This document shows, in pieces, positions 7,724 to 15,256 of a stretch of 15,256 nt of DNA (its first letter is position 1; every line of letters starts with the position of its first letter). The stretch is from Promethearchaeota archaeon (GTDB lineage: Archaea > Asgardarchaeota > Lokiarchaeia > Sigyniarchaeales > SOKP01). The position numbers were made by a program, and so were the translations under genes. The DNA lies in contig JAFGOA010000191.1 in assembly GCA_016926735.1 (NCBI GenBank), positions 1 through 15,256 on the forward strand, in the 5' to 3' direction. The notes below the pieces were generated by a model that saw nothing but the letters and a program-made list of their open reading frames with translations, searched no databases and had not been told where the DNA came from.

Positions 7724-8530
7724 ATGCTTAATATTTATGTGCTTATAAAACAAGTTCCAAAATCTGATAATTTACAAATTAATTGGAAAACTGGGGCTCT
7801 GATAAGGAAAAATTTAGAGAATGTGATTAATCCAGATGATATACATGGTATTGAATTAGCTCTTACAATAAAAGAGAAATATGGAGGGAAAGTGACTGCT
7901 ATCACTATGGGACCTTTACAAGCTGAAGCGGCCTTAAGAGAAGCAATTGCGATGGGAGCTGATAAAGGTATTTTGATAACAGATCCAATGTTTGCTTATT
8001 CAGACACATTACAGACAACTCTGGTTTTAAAAGAAGTTTTTGAAAAAATTGGAGATTATAATGTAATAATTACTGGAATTGAAACATCAGATTCAAGTAC
8101 TGGACAAGTACCATATCAATTATCTGAAGCATTAGGTATTCCACTTATTACAGATATATTCAATTATGAGTTTGAAAAAACTTTATTTAGATGCCAAAGA
8201 AATTTTGGTCATGAAAGTCAATTTATTGAAGTGAATCTTCCAATTATAATGAGAATTGGAAGACATTTTAATACAACTCGACATATTCCTTTATCTAGAA
8301 TAAAAAGGGCATTTGAAATAGAAATAGAACATATCGATTTTAATGCTATAAATTGTCCTTCTGAAATTGATGGGTGCAATAAATCACCAACTCAAGTAAT
8401 TAAAACGGAGAAATTAATCCATAAGAGAAAGAATGAATTTATAAATGGTACAATAAAAGAAAAAATCCAACAGATTCTACAAATAATGAAAGATCATGGT
8501 GTAGAAAAACATTGGATTGGTAAAAAATAG
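7724..8530 (+). CDS. etfB: Electron transfer flavoprotein beta subunit (FixA/EtfB family)
   Basis: Motifs IKQVP, INPDD, TMGP, ALREAIAMGADKGIL, DTLQT, TGQV and SPTQV. Starts 1 nt after the acyl-CoA dehydrogenase stop. Confidence 0.93.
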   Translation: MLNIYVLIKQVPKSDNLQINWKTGALIRKNLENVINPDDIHGIELALTIKEKYGGKVTAITMGPLQAEAALREAIAMGADKGILITDPMFAYSDTLQTTLVLKEVFEKIGDYNVIITGIETSDSSTGQVPYQLSEALGIPLITDIFNYEFEKTLFRCQRNFGHESQFIEVNLPIIMRIGRHFNTTRHIPLSRIKRAFEIEIEHIDFNAINCPSEIDGCNKSPTQVIKTEKLIHKRKNEFINGTIKEKIQQILQIMKDHGVEKHWIGKK

Positions 8531-8543
8531 TGAGGGTAAGATA

Positions 8544-9551
8544 ATGCCTAATTTAAATGAATATAAAGATGTCTGGGTATTTACTGAAATTAAAGATCAT
8601 GAAAAAGTCAATAATTGTGCTTTAGAGATCTTGGGAAAAGCAAGAGAAATAGCGGATGATTTAAATCAAAATTTAGTAGCAATTATTCTTGCTTATGAAG
8701 CAGATAAATATATTTCAACGATCAAACAATATGGTGTCGATAAAATAATCTATATCAATAATATTGAACTTAAACATTATCATGAACAGATTTTTCCAGA
8801 ATTAATTTTTAATTTGATTTCTAAATACAAACCTTCGATTTTTCTATTTCCTTCAACGGAAGCTAGTAGTGCTCTTTCTGCTAGATTAGCATATAGATGT
8901 AGAACAGGATTAGTAAATAATATCCTTAATATTGAATTGGATAAAAATAAAGGAGACTTAATATTAACAGACAAACCAGCATATGGCGGAATTTATAGTG
9001 TTAAAATTGTTTGTCCTAATACGAGACCGCAAATATGTACAATCACTGCAGGAACTTTTCAAAAACAAGAATTAAAAAAAGATAATATTAAAATTATTGA
9101 AGAAAAATATGATTTTGATATAAATAAAATTAATATAAAGATAATTGGTGCTCCAACAAGAAAAGATAAACCATCTGCTTCTTTAAGTGATGCTAAATTT
9201 GTAATTGGAGGTGGAAATGGGTTAGGTTCAAAAGAAAATTTTGAAAAATTATATAAATTAGCTGATCTGACTGATGCTCAAGTAGGAGGAACCCGTAGGC
9301 CTATTTTTAATGGTTGGATGCCAGAGCATTTACAAATAGGAATAAGTGGAGAATCAATAAAATCAAATTTATATCTTGCTTTTGGAATTTCTGGAGCTAT
9401 ACAACATGTTGTAGGAATAAAAGATTCAGAAAGAATAATAGCAATAAATACAGATCCAAATGCTTCTATATTCAAAGTCTCTGATTATTGCGTTATTGGA
9501 GATGCAAATGAAATACTTGATGGACTCCTTAAACATTATAAAGTTGAATAA
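8544..9551 (+). CDS. etfA: Electron transfer flavoprotein alpha subunit (FixB/EtfA family)
   Basis: Motifs VWVFTE, RPQICT, QIGISG, LYLAFGISGAIQHVVG and IIAINTDPNASIF. I place the start at ATG 8544, which has GAGGGT at 8532-8537 and no overlap, rather than at TTG 8517 as in the ORF track. Confidence 0.93.
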   Translation: MPNLNEYKDVWVFTEIKDHEKVNNCALEILGKAREIADDLNQNLVAIILAYEADKYISTIKQYGVDKIIYINNIELKHYHEQIFPELIFNLISKYKPSIFLFPSTEASSALSARLAYRCRTGLVNNILNIELDKNKGDLILTDKPAYGGIYSVKIVCPNTRPQICTITAGTFQKQELKKDNIKIIEEKYDFDINKINIKIIGAPTRKDKPSASLSDAKFVIGGGNGLGSKENFEKLYKLADLTDAQVGGTRRPIFNGWMPEHLQIGISGESIKSNLYLAFGISGAIQHVVGIKDSERIIAINTDPNASIFKVSDYCVIGDANEILDGLLKHYKVE

Positions 9552-9584
9552 TATTATTTTCAATAGCTATATTTTTTAACCAAT

Positions 9585-10469
9585 TTAAGAAATATTGATA
9601 ATTTCTTTTTTATTATTCATTATATCTTTAATATCTTTTTTAATTGTATTTTGTTTATAGATTGTAGAAAAAAATACAAAGAAAAATATCACATATAAAA
9701 ACCATTGTGTTGGAGGAAAAATGGTTGAAAAAATTGAGATCTCAATATTTCCAAGACCATGAAGTCCTATACATATATAAAGATTATTTGTTAAATAATA
9801 AACATATGCAATAAATACCCCAAATGCAAAAGGACTAATTATTCCAATTATTGCTTCATCTAGAGTATAATAACCTGAAATAAATCGATTTGGAATATGT
9901 GCTATCGCAAATAATAATTGTGATATTATAATTGCTATTATTAATCTGTTTTCTTCATCAGAAAATTTTTTTTTTTTTTTAAAATATATTAAAAGTTGGC
10001 TGAATAAAACTGCCCGATAGAGAACTTCCTCAAAAAGGCTATTTCCTAAAAATTCTACAATAAATTCTCCCAGAAAATAAGGTAATGCAAGAATATTAGT
10101 CCAATAAGATTTTGTCATTGGATTTTCACGCATAATCAAATTGGTATAGCAATAAAATAATTGGGTACTCCACCAAATTATCAATATAAAAATAAATGCT
10201 CTAAAAAATCCTTTTTTATTTAATCCTAATTTTGAAAAATTCAATTTACCGAGTTTAAAAAAAAAAATAAAACTAATAGCATTTAGAGGGATAAACGCAA
10301 TTAAAAAATCAAATCTAATGAGATAGTAGGTTGTTTGATGAAAATTATCCGTATTAATATTTGGATAAATTAGGCTGTATAAGATTAGAGCATATACTAT
10401 ATTGACCAAAATTAATATGAGTGATAATAAAATATTTCTCTCTTCTTCTGATCTTTCAAGAATCTTCAT
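9585..10469 (-). CDS. CPBP family intramembrane glutamic/metallo-protease (type II CAAX protease / Rce1-like)
   Basis: Multi-TM protein with all three family motifs: EExxxR (EEVLYR), FxxxH (FAIAH) and HxxxN (HGLGN). Confidence 0.9.
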   Translation of the reverse strand: MKILERSEEERNILLSLILILVNIVYALILYSLIYPNINTDNFHQTTYYLIRFDFLIAFIPLNAISFIFFFKLGKLNFSKLGLNKKGFFRAFIFILIIWWSTQLFYCYTNLIMRENPMTKSYWTNILALPYFLGEFIVEFLGNSLFEEVLYRAVLFSQLLIYFKKKKKFSDEENRLIIAIIISQLLFAIAHIPNRFISGYYTLDEAIIGIISPFAFGVFIAYVYYLTNNLYICIGLHGLGNIEISIFSTIFPPTQWFLYVIFFFVFFSTIYKQNTIKKDIKDIMNNKKEIINIS

Positions 10470-10579
10470 GATAATATTTGTAAGAAAGTAAATAATAATT
10501 TAATATTTATTTTGAAATAAATTGGATTTATAATTAATTTAATGATAAAAAAAATGGTTTTGAAAAAAATTTATTTAAT

Positions 10580-12274
10580 CTATTTTTTCTTATTTTTCCC
10601 TTTTTTCAATTCAGCAATTGATTTTTCAGCTAACCTTAAAGCTTCACTTTTATCTTGTTTTATTTGTTCAATTTGATTTTCTAGATCTCGTACATAAGTT
10701 TCTAAGCGTTCAATTGTTTGGCTTGAAGCTTGATCATCTATTACAGCAATTTCCCCTGATTCTGTTCGCTCTTTTAATGCTTTATATTTTTCTCTCCATA
10801 CTTGTACATCTGTCTGTAATTCTTTAATTCGTTCATCAACAGGAATGTCTGAACTTACTACACCTTTCTCAGATTCTAAGTTATCATATCTCTCCTTTAA
10901 CGTATTAACTTCTTGTTCTAATTCTTTTACTCGAACTTTTAATTGAGAAATAATATTTAAATATTCAATATCGGATTTTGGACCTAATATTTCTTGAAAT
11001 AATTCCTTTCCTGCTTCTAGCTCTTCTTCTGATTTATTACCAAGAATTCTTGATTTTCTTTTCTGTAGTTCTTCAACAGTTTGTTCTGGTAAAAAATCAA
11101 GCGCATTAAAACCCATTCCTCCATGTTTTGTAATACGCTTTCTAACTTTTACAAATAATGGTATTCCACTCGCAGCTTCTCCGCTTAAAATACATTCACC
11201 TTTATCAAGGCCGTTGATATCTGCTTTATTTTCATTGCTTAGATCCTCTGCACTTTGAATTGTAATATTGATATCTCTTACATCGGTAAGATTATGAACA
11301 ACCCACGTACCTGCTTGAGCTCTTATAGTAGTATCTAAAAGTTGAGGTCTTTGAGTACCTATAACAAGGTTAGCACCAAATTTTCTACCTTCTTGTGAAA
11401 ATAATTTTACAGTATCACATGTTTTAGTCCTTTTTTTCCCTGCGAATAAATGAGCTTCATCTAAGAAAAGGTAAAAAGGAGGTATTTTTCGAGATGTACT
11501 AGCAGAATATAGTTTATCAAGAAGTTTACCTGCTAATGTTTCTTGAGCTTCCAATGGAATACCTCGTAAATTAACTATGGTACATAAGTTTGGAGCTACA
11601 ATATCTTTTTCTGATAAAGAAAAAAGATATTCAATATCGATATCTGCTCCTTTATTAATATTTAAATCAGAAAATTCTATTATTTTATTAATAAATTCAC
11701 TTTCTCCTGCATCCTCATCACCAGAAACCTTTAGACTTCCATATTCACCATGTCTATCTATAATTACTATAGGTATACCCTTTTTAAGAAATTCTTCACA
11801 CAAAATACTCATAGTATATGATTTACCCGAACCAGATTTACCGGTTATAAATATCCTACCTAAATTTTCAACTAAAAGATTAACATCAAAATCATAACCT
11901 AACAAATTCCCAAAACTTATAGATGTTTCTGGTGGATTATTAATTCCTAGTAATCCAAGTATTTGATCATGCTTAGCAAGATATACTTTAGCACCTATTT
12001 CAAAAGGTCTTGGAGGGCGGTCACCTATAACTCTAATATTTGCTTTCATGCCTTGAGGATCATTCCAGATTTCTGAAATTAATAATAAATAATATTTTCT
12101 ATTTCCTTTCTTATCTTTATCTCCATAAATTGCTAGAAAATTCGTTCTTTCTATTTCTTCACTTTCTATAAGTAATTGGGCAGAATCAATTTGAGTTTTG
12201 CCCGTTAATCTGCCTATCCATTTTGCTTCAATATCGGAATCTTCTTCTTCTGATTCATCTTCATATTCTGACAT
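10580..12274 (-). CDS. HerA/FtsK-superfamily ATPase (DUF87-like) with N-terminal barrel and C-terminal coiled coil
   Basis: Walker A GKSGSGKS (aa 145-152), IIDRHGEY, Walker B FYLFLDEAH, arginine-finger motif EGRKFG, TQRP and the HerA-type end RKRITKHGG. The N-terminus is HAS-barrel-like (IGRLTG...PRPFEIGAKVYLA). Residues ~395-564 are heptad-rich. Confidence 0.9.
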   Translation of the reverse strand: MSEYEDESEEEDSDIEAKWIGRLTGKTQIDSAQLLIESEEIERTNFLAIYGDKDKKGNRKYYLLLISEIWNDPQGMKANIRVIGDRPPRPFEIGAKVYLAKHDQILGLLGINNPPETSISFGNLLGYDFDVNLLVENLGRIFITGKSGSGKSYTMSILCEEFLKKGIPIVIIDRHGEYGSLKVSGDEDAGESEFINKIIEFSDLNINKGADIDIEYLFSLSEKDIVAPNLCTIVNLRGIPLEAQETLAGKLLDKLYSASTSRKIPPFYLFLDEAHLFAGKKRTKTCDTVKLFSQEGRKFGANLVIGTQRPQLLDTTIRAQAGTWVVHNLTDVRDINITIQSAEDLSNENKADINGLDKGECILSGEAASGIPLFVKVRKRITKHGGMGFNALDFLPEQTVEELQKRKSRILGNKSEEELEAGKELFQEILGPKSDIEYLNIISQLKVRVKELEQEVNTLKERYDNLESEKGVVSSDIPVDERIKELQTDVQVWREKYKALKERTESGEIAVIDDQASSQTIERLETYVRDLENQIEQIKQDKSEALRLAEKSIAELKKGKNKKK

Positions 12275-12279
12275 TATTT

Positions 12280-12284
12280 ATCAC
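12280..12284 (-). promoter_or_regulatory. Archaeal-type Shine-Dalgarno motif (GTGAT)
   Basis: GTGAT lies 5 nt upstream of the ATG at 12274 and is complementary to the AUCAC part of the 16S rRNA 3' end. The same motif and spacing occur at gap. Confidence 0.5.
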
Positions 12285-12555
12285 GCTAATTAAATTATCT
12301 TAAATTAAATAAATATTCTTATTGATCTTATTTAGATAATAAAAAATCTTGAAATATAAATTTATATGGCATTTAAGTTTCTTTATTTAATTTATTTTAT
12401 TAATTCTTACATTATAATTGGTATGTATTTATTCTTTTTTACTCTATAAAAATAAGGATCTTATTCTCCTAAATTTTATTAATTTGAATTTTATTACATT
12501 TTCTTTTTGATAATAAATTAAAAAACAATATCATTTAATTTACAATAGTTTTTTT

Positions 12556-13485
12556 TCAACTTGTCTTTTTGAATAGAATACTTTTTTTAATCATATGATC
12601 CGGATTGTAGGAAAGTTTTGCTGTTCTTAAACCTTCTATTCCTAAATCTTGCTCACGATTCACATATTTTACTTCTTGACAGCAATTTTGAATAAAGAAT
12701 TTGTTAATTGCTTGATAAGAACCCCTATAATTTGTATGTGCTTTTTCTATATGAATTACTCCTGTATTATTATTAAGAATTTCTCCAAAAGTATATGCTA
12801 CTGGAATAGAGTCTACGAAAAGAATTCCTCCTCTAAATTTTAAATCAGAATAATGATTTATCATTTGTGTTATTGCATTTTGCTCTTCATTTAGATCTTG
12901 ATGTTTTTGACATTCATTTTGAATACACCATTCATTTTGAAATGTTTTGCAGCTTTCTAACAATTCTTTATTAATCAAATGAAATTCATAATCATAATTT
13001 TGTAGAAAATATTTTAAATGATTTCTTTTAGCTCGGAATCTGTTTCCAGGTAAATCCATTAGCTCTGTTTTTTTATATACATAATCCCAATGATCTCTAT
13101 CATCTTGTAATTCTAAATTTAAACTTAAAAATTCTTTTTTTTCTTTTATCTCCTGTGATATTGTATATGGTAGTTTGTGAATTTCAAGATTCTTAATATT
13201 TTTAAAAAGGAAAAAAATCATATCTATTGGATCCTCACCAATAGGTGGTAGAAAATATATAGGATTCTCTATTTTTGAAATAGGTGTTATTTTTTCTTTA
13301 AGAAAATTTTTTGAAAAGATTAATAAATAGTTATTATACTCGAGAAATAAGAATTGATAATATTCTTGCCATGCAAATAAATTAGTAAAGGTAAATTCTG
13401 AAATTATTGGTTGAAAATTATTAAAATATTTTTCGAATATAGGTTTATCAGAAATTTCAATAGATTTGGCATGGGTTAAATCCAT
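12556..13485 (-). CDS. DUF2156 family protein (soluble MprF-C-terminal-like, putative aminoacyl-tRNA-dependent transferase, GNAT-like fold)
   Basis: Motifs SEFTFTNLFAW, DYVY..L..LPG..F..KRNH, IHIEKA, GSYQAIN and YVNREQDLGIEGLRTAKLSYNP. Confidence 0.88.
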   Translation of the reverse strand: MDLTHAKSIEISDKPIFEKYFNNFQPIISEFTFTNLFAWQEYYQFLFLEYNNYLLIFSKNFLKEKITPISKIENPIYFLPPIGEDPIDMIFFLFKNIKNLEIHKLPYTISQEIKEKKEFLSLNLELQDDRDHWDYVYKKTELMDLPGNRFRAKRNHLKYFLQNYDYEFHLINKELLESCKTFQNEWCIQNECQKHQDLNEEQNAITQMINHYSDLKFRGGILFVDSIPVAYTFGEILNNNTGVIHIEKAHTNYRGSYQAINKFFIQNCCQEVKYVNREQDLGIEGLRTAKLSYNPDHMIKKSILFKKTS

Positions 13486-13506
13486 GTGTTAGGAAAAACT
13501 CGAATA

Positions 13507-13516
13507 ATATATAAGC
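13507..13516 (-). promoter_or_regulatory. Putative TATA box (GCTTATATAT), probably leaderless transcript
   Basis: TTATATAT ends 21 nt upstream of the ATG at 13485, the spacing expected for a start site at or near the ATG. No SD motif is visible. Confidence 0.5.
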
Positions 13517-13552
13517 ATTACGATTTCATAATGATCTTATAAAATTTATTTG

Positions 13553-13572
13553 AAAAAATAAAAATAAAAAAA
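13553..13572 (-). terminator. Putative oligo-T terminator of gap
   Basis: Consecutive T tracts on the - strand, 21-41 nt downstream of the gap stop codon. Confidence 0.4.
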
Positions 13573-13593
13573 GATAAATAATAAATATAATTT

Positions 13594-14595
13594 TTATAGT
13601 TTTTTAACGATTAGATCAACTAAACGATTAGAATATCCCCATTCATTATCATACCAGCTTAATAAACTAGCCAATTTTCCAATTGCATTAGTAAATAATC
13701 CACAATAAACTGAACTGGCAGGATTTCCAACTATATCACTACTTACAATAGGATCTTCGGTATATTCTAAAATTCCTTTAAGTTCTCCCTCAGCGGCTTT
13801 CTTCATAGCAGAGTTGATTTCGTCAACAGATGCTTCTTTTTCTAAAATAAATTTTCCATCTACTACACTACCATCTAATGTAGGTACTCGCATTGCCATA
13901 CCGTCTAATTTTCCTTTTAATTCTGGAAATACTAAACTAATTGCTTTTGCTGCCCCTGTGGTAGTAGGAACTATGTTATGAGCTGCAGCTCTTCCTCTTG
14001 TCATACTTATTGGTGATCCTGAGACGGCTGTATCAACCGTATGTTGGTTTCCTGTGATTGCGTGGATTGTTGTCATAATACCTTTTTCAAGTCCAAATGT
14101 GTCTTTTATAACTTTTACTACAGGAGCTAAACAATTTGTTGTACAAGAAGCGTTTGAAATAATCTTATGATCATTTGTTAATTTATCATCATTACAGCCT
14201 AATACAACAGTAATATCTGGATCTGTGGCTGGAGCACTAATTAAAACTTTTTTAGCACCAGCATCTAGATGTTTTTGAGCACCTTCTCTTTTTGTAAAAA
14301 ATCCTGTTGATTCTACTGCTACATCGATATCATTTTTAGCATGAGGTAATTTGGCAGGATCTCTTTCAGCTGTTATAGGTATTTCTTTACCATCTACTAT
14401 TAGAACACCCTCTTTAGCATCAACTTTTCCAGGAAAACGCCCAAATACTGTATCATATTTTAAAGAATAAGCTAAATATTGAGCATCAAAAAGATCATTA
14501 ATATATTTGATTTCTAAACCTGGATTCTTCCAAGCAGCTCTAAGAAAGTTTCTACCAATTCTACCAAATCCATTGATACATACATTTTTTGCCAT
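13594..14595 (-). CDS. gap: Type I (bacterial/eukaryotic class) glyceraldehyde-3-phosphate dehydrogenase
   Basis: Motifs INGFGRIGR, YDTVFG, ESTGFF, HLDAGAKKVLISAP, active site SNASCTTNCLAP, IVPTTTGAAKA, GMAMRVPT and WYDNEWGYSNR. Confidence 0.97.
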   Translation of the reverse strand: MAKNVCINGFGRIGRNFLRAAWKNPGLEIKYINDLFDAQYLAYSLKYDTVFGRFPGKVDAKEGVLIVDGKEIPITAERDPAKLPHAKNDIDVAVESTGFFTKREGAQKHLDAGAKKVLISAPATDPDITVVLGCNDDKLTNDHKIISNASCTTNCLAPVVKVIKDTFGLEKGIMTTIHAITGNQHTVDTAVSGSPISMTRGRAAAHNIVPTTTGAAKAISLVFPELKGKLDGMAMRVPTLDGSVVDGKFILEKEASVDEINSAMKKAAEGELKGILEYTEDPIVSSDIVGNPASSVYCGLFTNAIGKLASLLSWYDNEWGYSNRLVDLIVKKL

Positions 14596-14600
14596 ATTTA

Positions 14601-14652
14601 ATCACTTTGTTTTGTTATTCCGTAAATTAATTTGTCAAATTAAAATATAAGC
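14601..14652 (-). promoter_or_regulatory. gap promoter/leader: TATA-like GCTTATATTT (14652-14643) and SD GTGAT (14605-14601)
   Basis: Both motifs read directly from the - strand. The SD is 5 nt from the ATG, and the TATA position implies a leader of about 20-25 nt. Confidence 0.5.
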
Positions 14653-14914
14653 TTAGTAATTTTTTACATTTTTTTAAATTATTGGAAAAATTTTATCATA
14701 TCTTATTTTTAAATAGATTTATAATTATGATAAAAATGTTGGTTTAAAGAAATCAATTATGTATAATCTCTTTTCTAATACCTCCTAATACTTCTTATAA
14801 TCCTAAATAACAAAAACTGGAAATAGAAATTTATTTTTGTAAATCTATTTTAATCTTGTAATTTTCATTTAAGTGTAGTAAATTAATTTTTAACTTTAAT
14901 ATAATAATCTAATT

Positions 14915-15256
14915 ATGGAGAATCTAAAGGACAAATTAGTCGTTGTATCTGGCATCCCGCGCTCGGGAACATCACTCATTATGCAAATATTACAAGCAGG
15001 AGGATTAGATATTTTATCAGATCATAAAAGAGAAGCAGATAAAAACAATCCAAAAGGATATCTAGAACTAGAATCCGTTAAGAATTTATCTAATGATAAT
15101 TCTTGTTTGATAAATCAAACTGGAAAAGCTGTAAAAGTAATTTCGCACTTATTGAAATTCTTACCTAAAAATCAGAAATATAAAATTATTTTCATAAATC
15201 GAGATGTCAATGAAATTATTAAATCTCAGCAAAAGATGCTTAAAGATAAAATAAAA
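14915..15256 (+). CDS. Sulfotransferase family protein, N-terminal part (runs off the right edge; not in the ORF track)
   Basis: Manual translation gives 114 stop-free codons: MENLKDKLVVVSGIPRSGTSLIMQILQAGG...NPKGYLE...KAVKVIS...YKIIFINRDVNEIIKSQQKM. It has the PAPS 5'-PSB loop (GIPRSGTS) and a 3'-PB R-x7-S motif. Confidence 0.88.
   Translation, partial: MENLKDKLVVVSGIPRSGTSLIMQILQAGGLDILSDHKREADKNNPKGYLELESVKNLSNDNSCLINQTGKAVKVISHLLKFLPKNQKYKIIFINRDVNEIIKSQQKMLKDKIK

Noticed and set aside
8517-8543. TTG start for etfA overlapping etfB
   Set aside because: The in-frame ATG at 8544 has an SD-like GAGGGT and gives a typical EtfA N-terminus.
8780-9475. Two short minus-strand ORFs (8780-8974, 9278-9475)
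   Set aside because: Both lie entirely antisense within etfA and show no motifs.
9966-9980. T15 homopolymer within the CPBP gene (possible slippage/phase-variation site)
   Set aside because: The frame is intact and it encodes a Lys run in a cytoplasmic loop. Long A/T runs are common throughout the window (e.g. 989-1001). Read-level data would be needed to show variation.
10618-11897. Plus-strand ORFs 10618-10827 and 11577-11897
   Set aside because: Antisense shadows inside the HerA-like gene.
9585-12274. HerA plus CPBP ('Abi') as an anti-phage defence pair
   Set aside because: There is no Sir2, nuclease or DUF4297-type effector. The 110-bp gap with T tracts suggests separate transcripts. 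The Abi label on CPBP proteases is not evidence of defence, and the context is housekeeping genes.
12294-12367. Palindrome ATATAAATTTATAT (12354-12367) and an imperfect inverted repeat upstream of the HerA-like gene
   Set aside because: Composed almost only of A/T in a very AT-rich spacer, so not distinguishable from chance or from a TATA element.
12649-12843. 64-aa plus-strand ORF
   Set aside because: Antisense shadow inside the DUF2156 gene.
14725-14868. Minus-strand ATG...TAA frame of 48 codons interrupted only by three TAG codons (possible amber recoding/pyrrolysine)
   Set aside because: TAG is the normal stop for GGR, etfB and the HerA-like gene in this window. The peptide has no recognisable features and the frame lies in AT-rich promoter DNA.
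1-15256. CRISPR arrays, tRNA/rRNA genes, IS elements
   Set aside because: By eye there are no regularly spaced repeats, no GC-rich structured islands in the intergenic gaps and no transposase or integrase ORFs.

Overview
AT-rich (roughly 25-30% GC by eye) archaeal genomic window, most consistent with an Asgard archaeon of the Lokiarchaeia/Promethearchaeota type. This is an inference from an archaeal geranylgeranyl reductase, a TrmB-like protein, TATA-box promoters, GTGAT-type SD motifs, a longin-like protein and bacterial-type metabolic genes. Left to right: a partial secreted glycoprotein (- strand, absent from the ORF track); a divergent two-gene unit encoding a longin-like + duplicated winged-helix protein and a 754-aa multidomain protein (Zn-binding module, TrmB-like wHTH, long apolipoprotein-like helical region, PLD-like fold, Pro-rich linker, C-terminal four-helix bundle); geranylgeranyl reductase; a small membrane protein; an acyl-CoA dehydrogenase-etfB-etfA operon; a CPBP (CAAX-type) protease; an orphan HerA-like ATPase with a C-terminal coiled coil; a DUF2156 protein; a class I GAPDH; and a partial sulfotransferase (+ strand, absent from the ORF track). 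I saw no RNA genes, CRISPR arrays or mobile elements. The best candidate for an undescribed system is the 1067-4610 gene pair, whose apparent folds recall eukaryotic GATOR1/ESCRT modules. All fold assignments were made by eye and need structure prediction.
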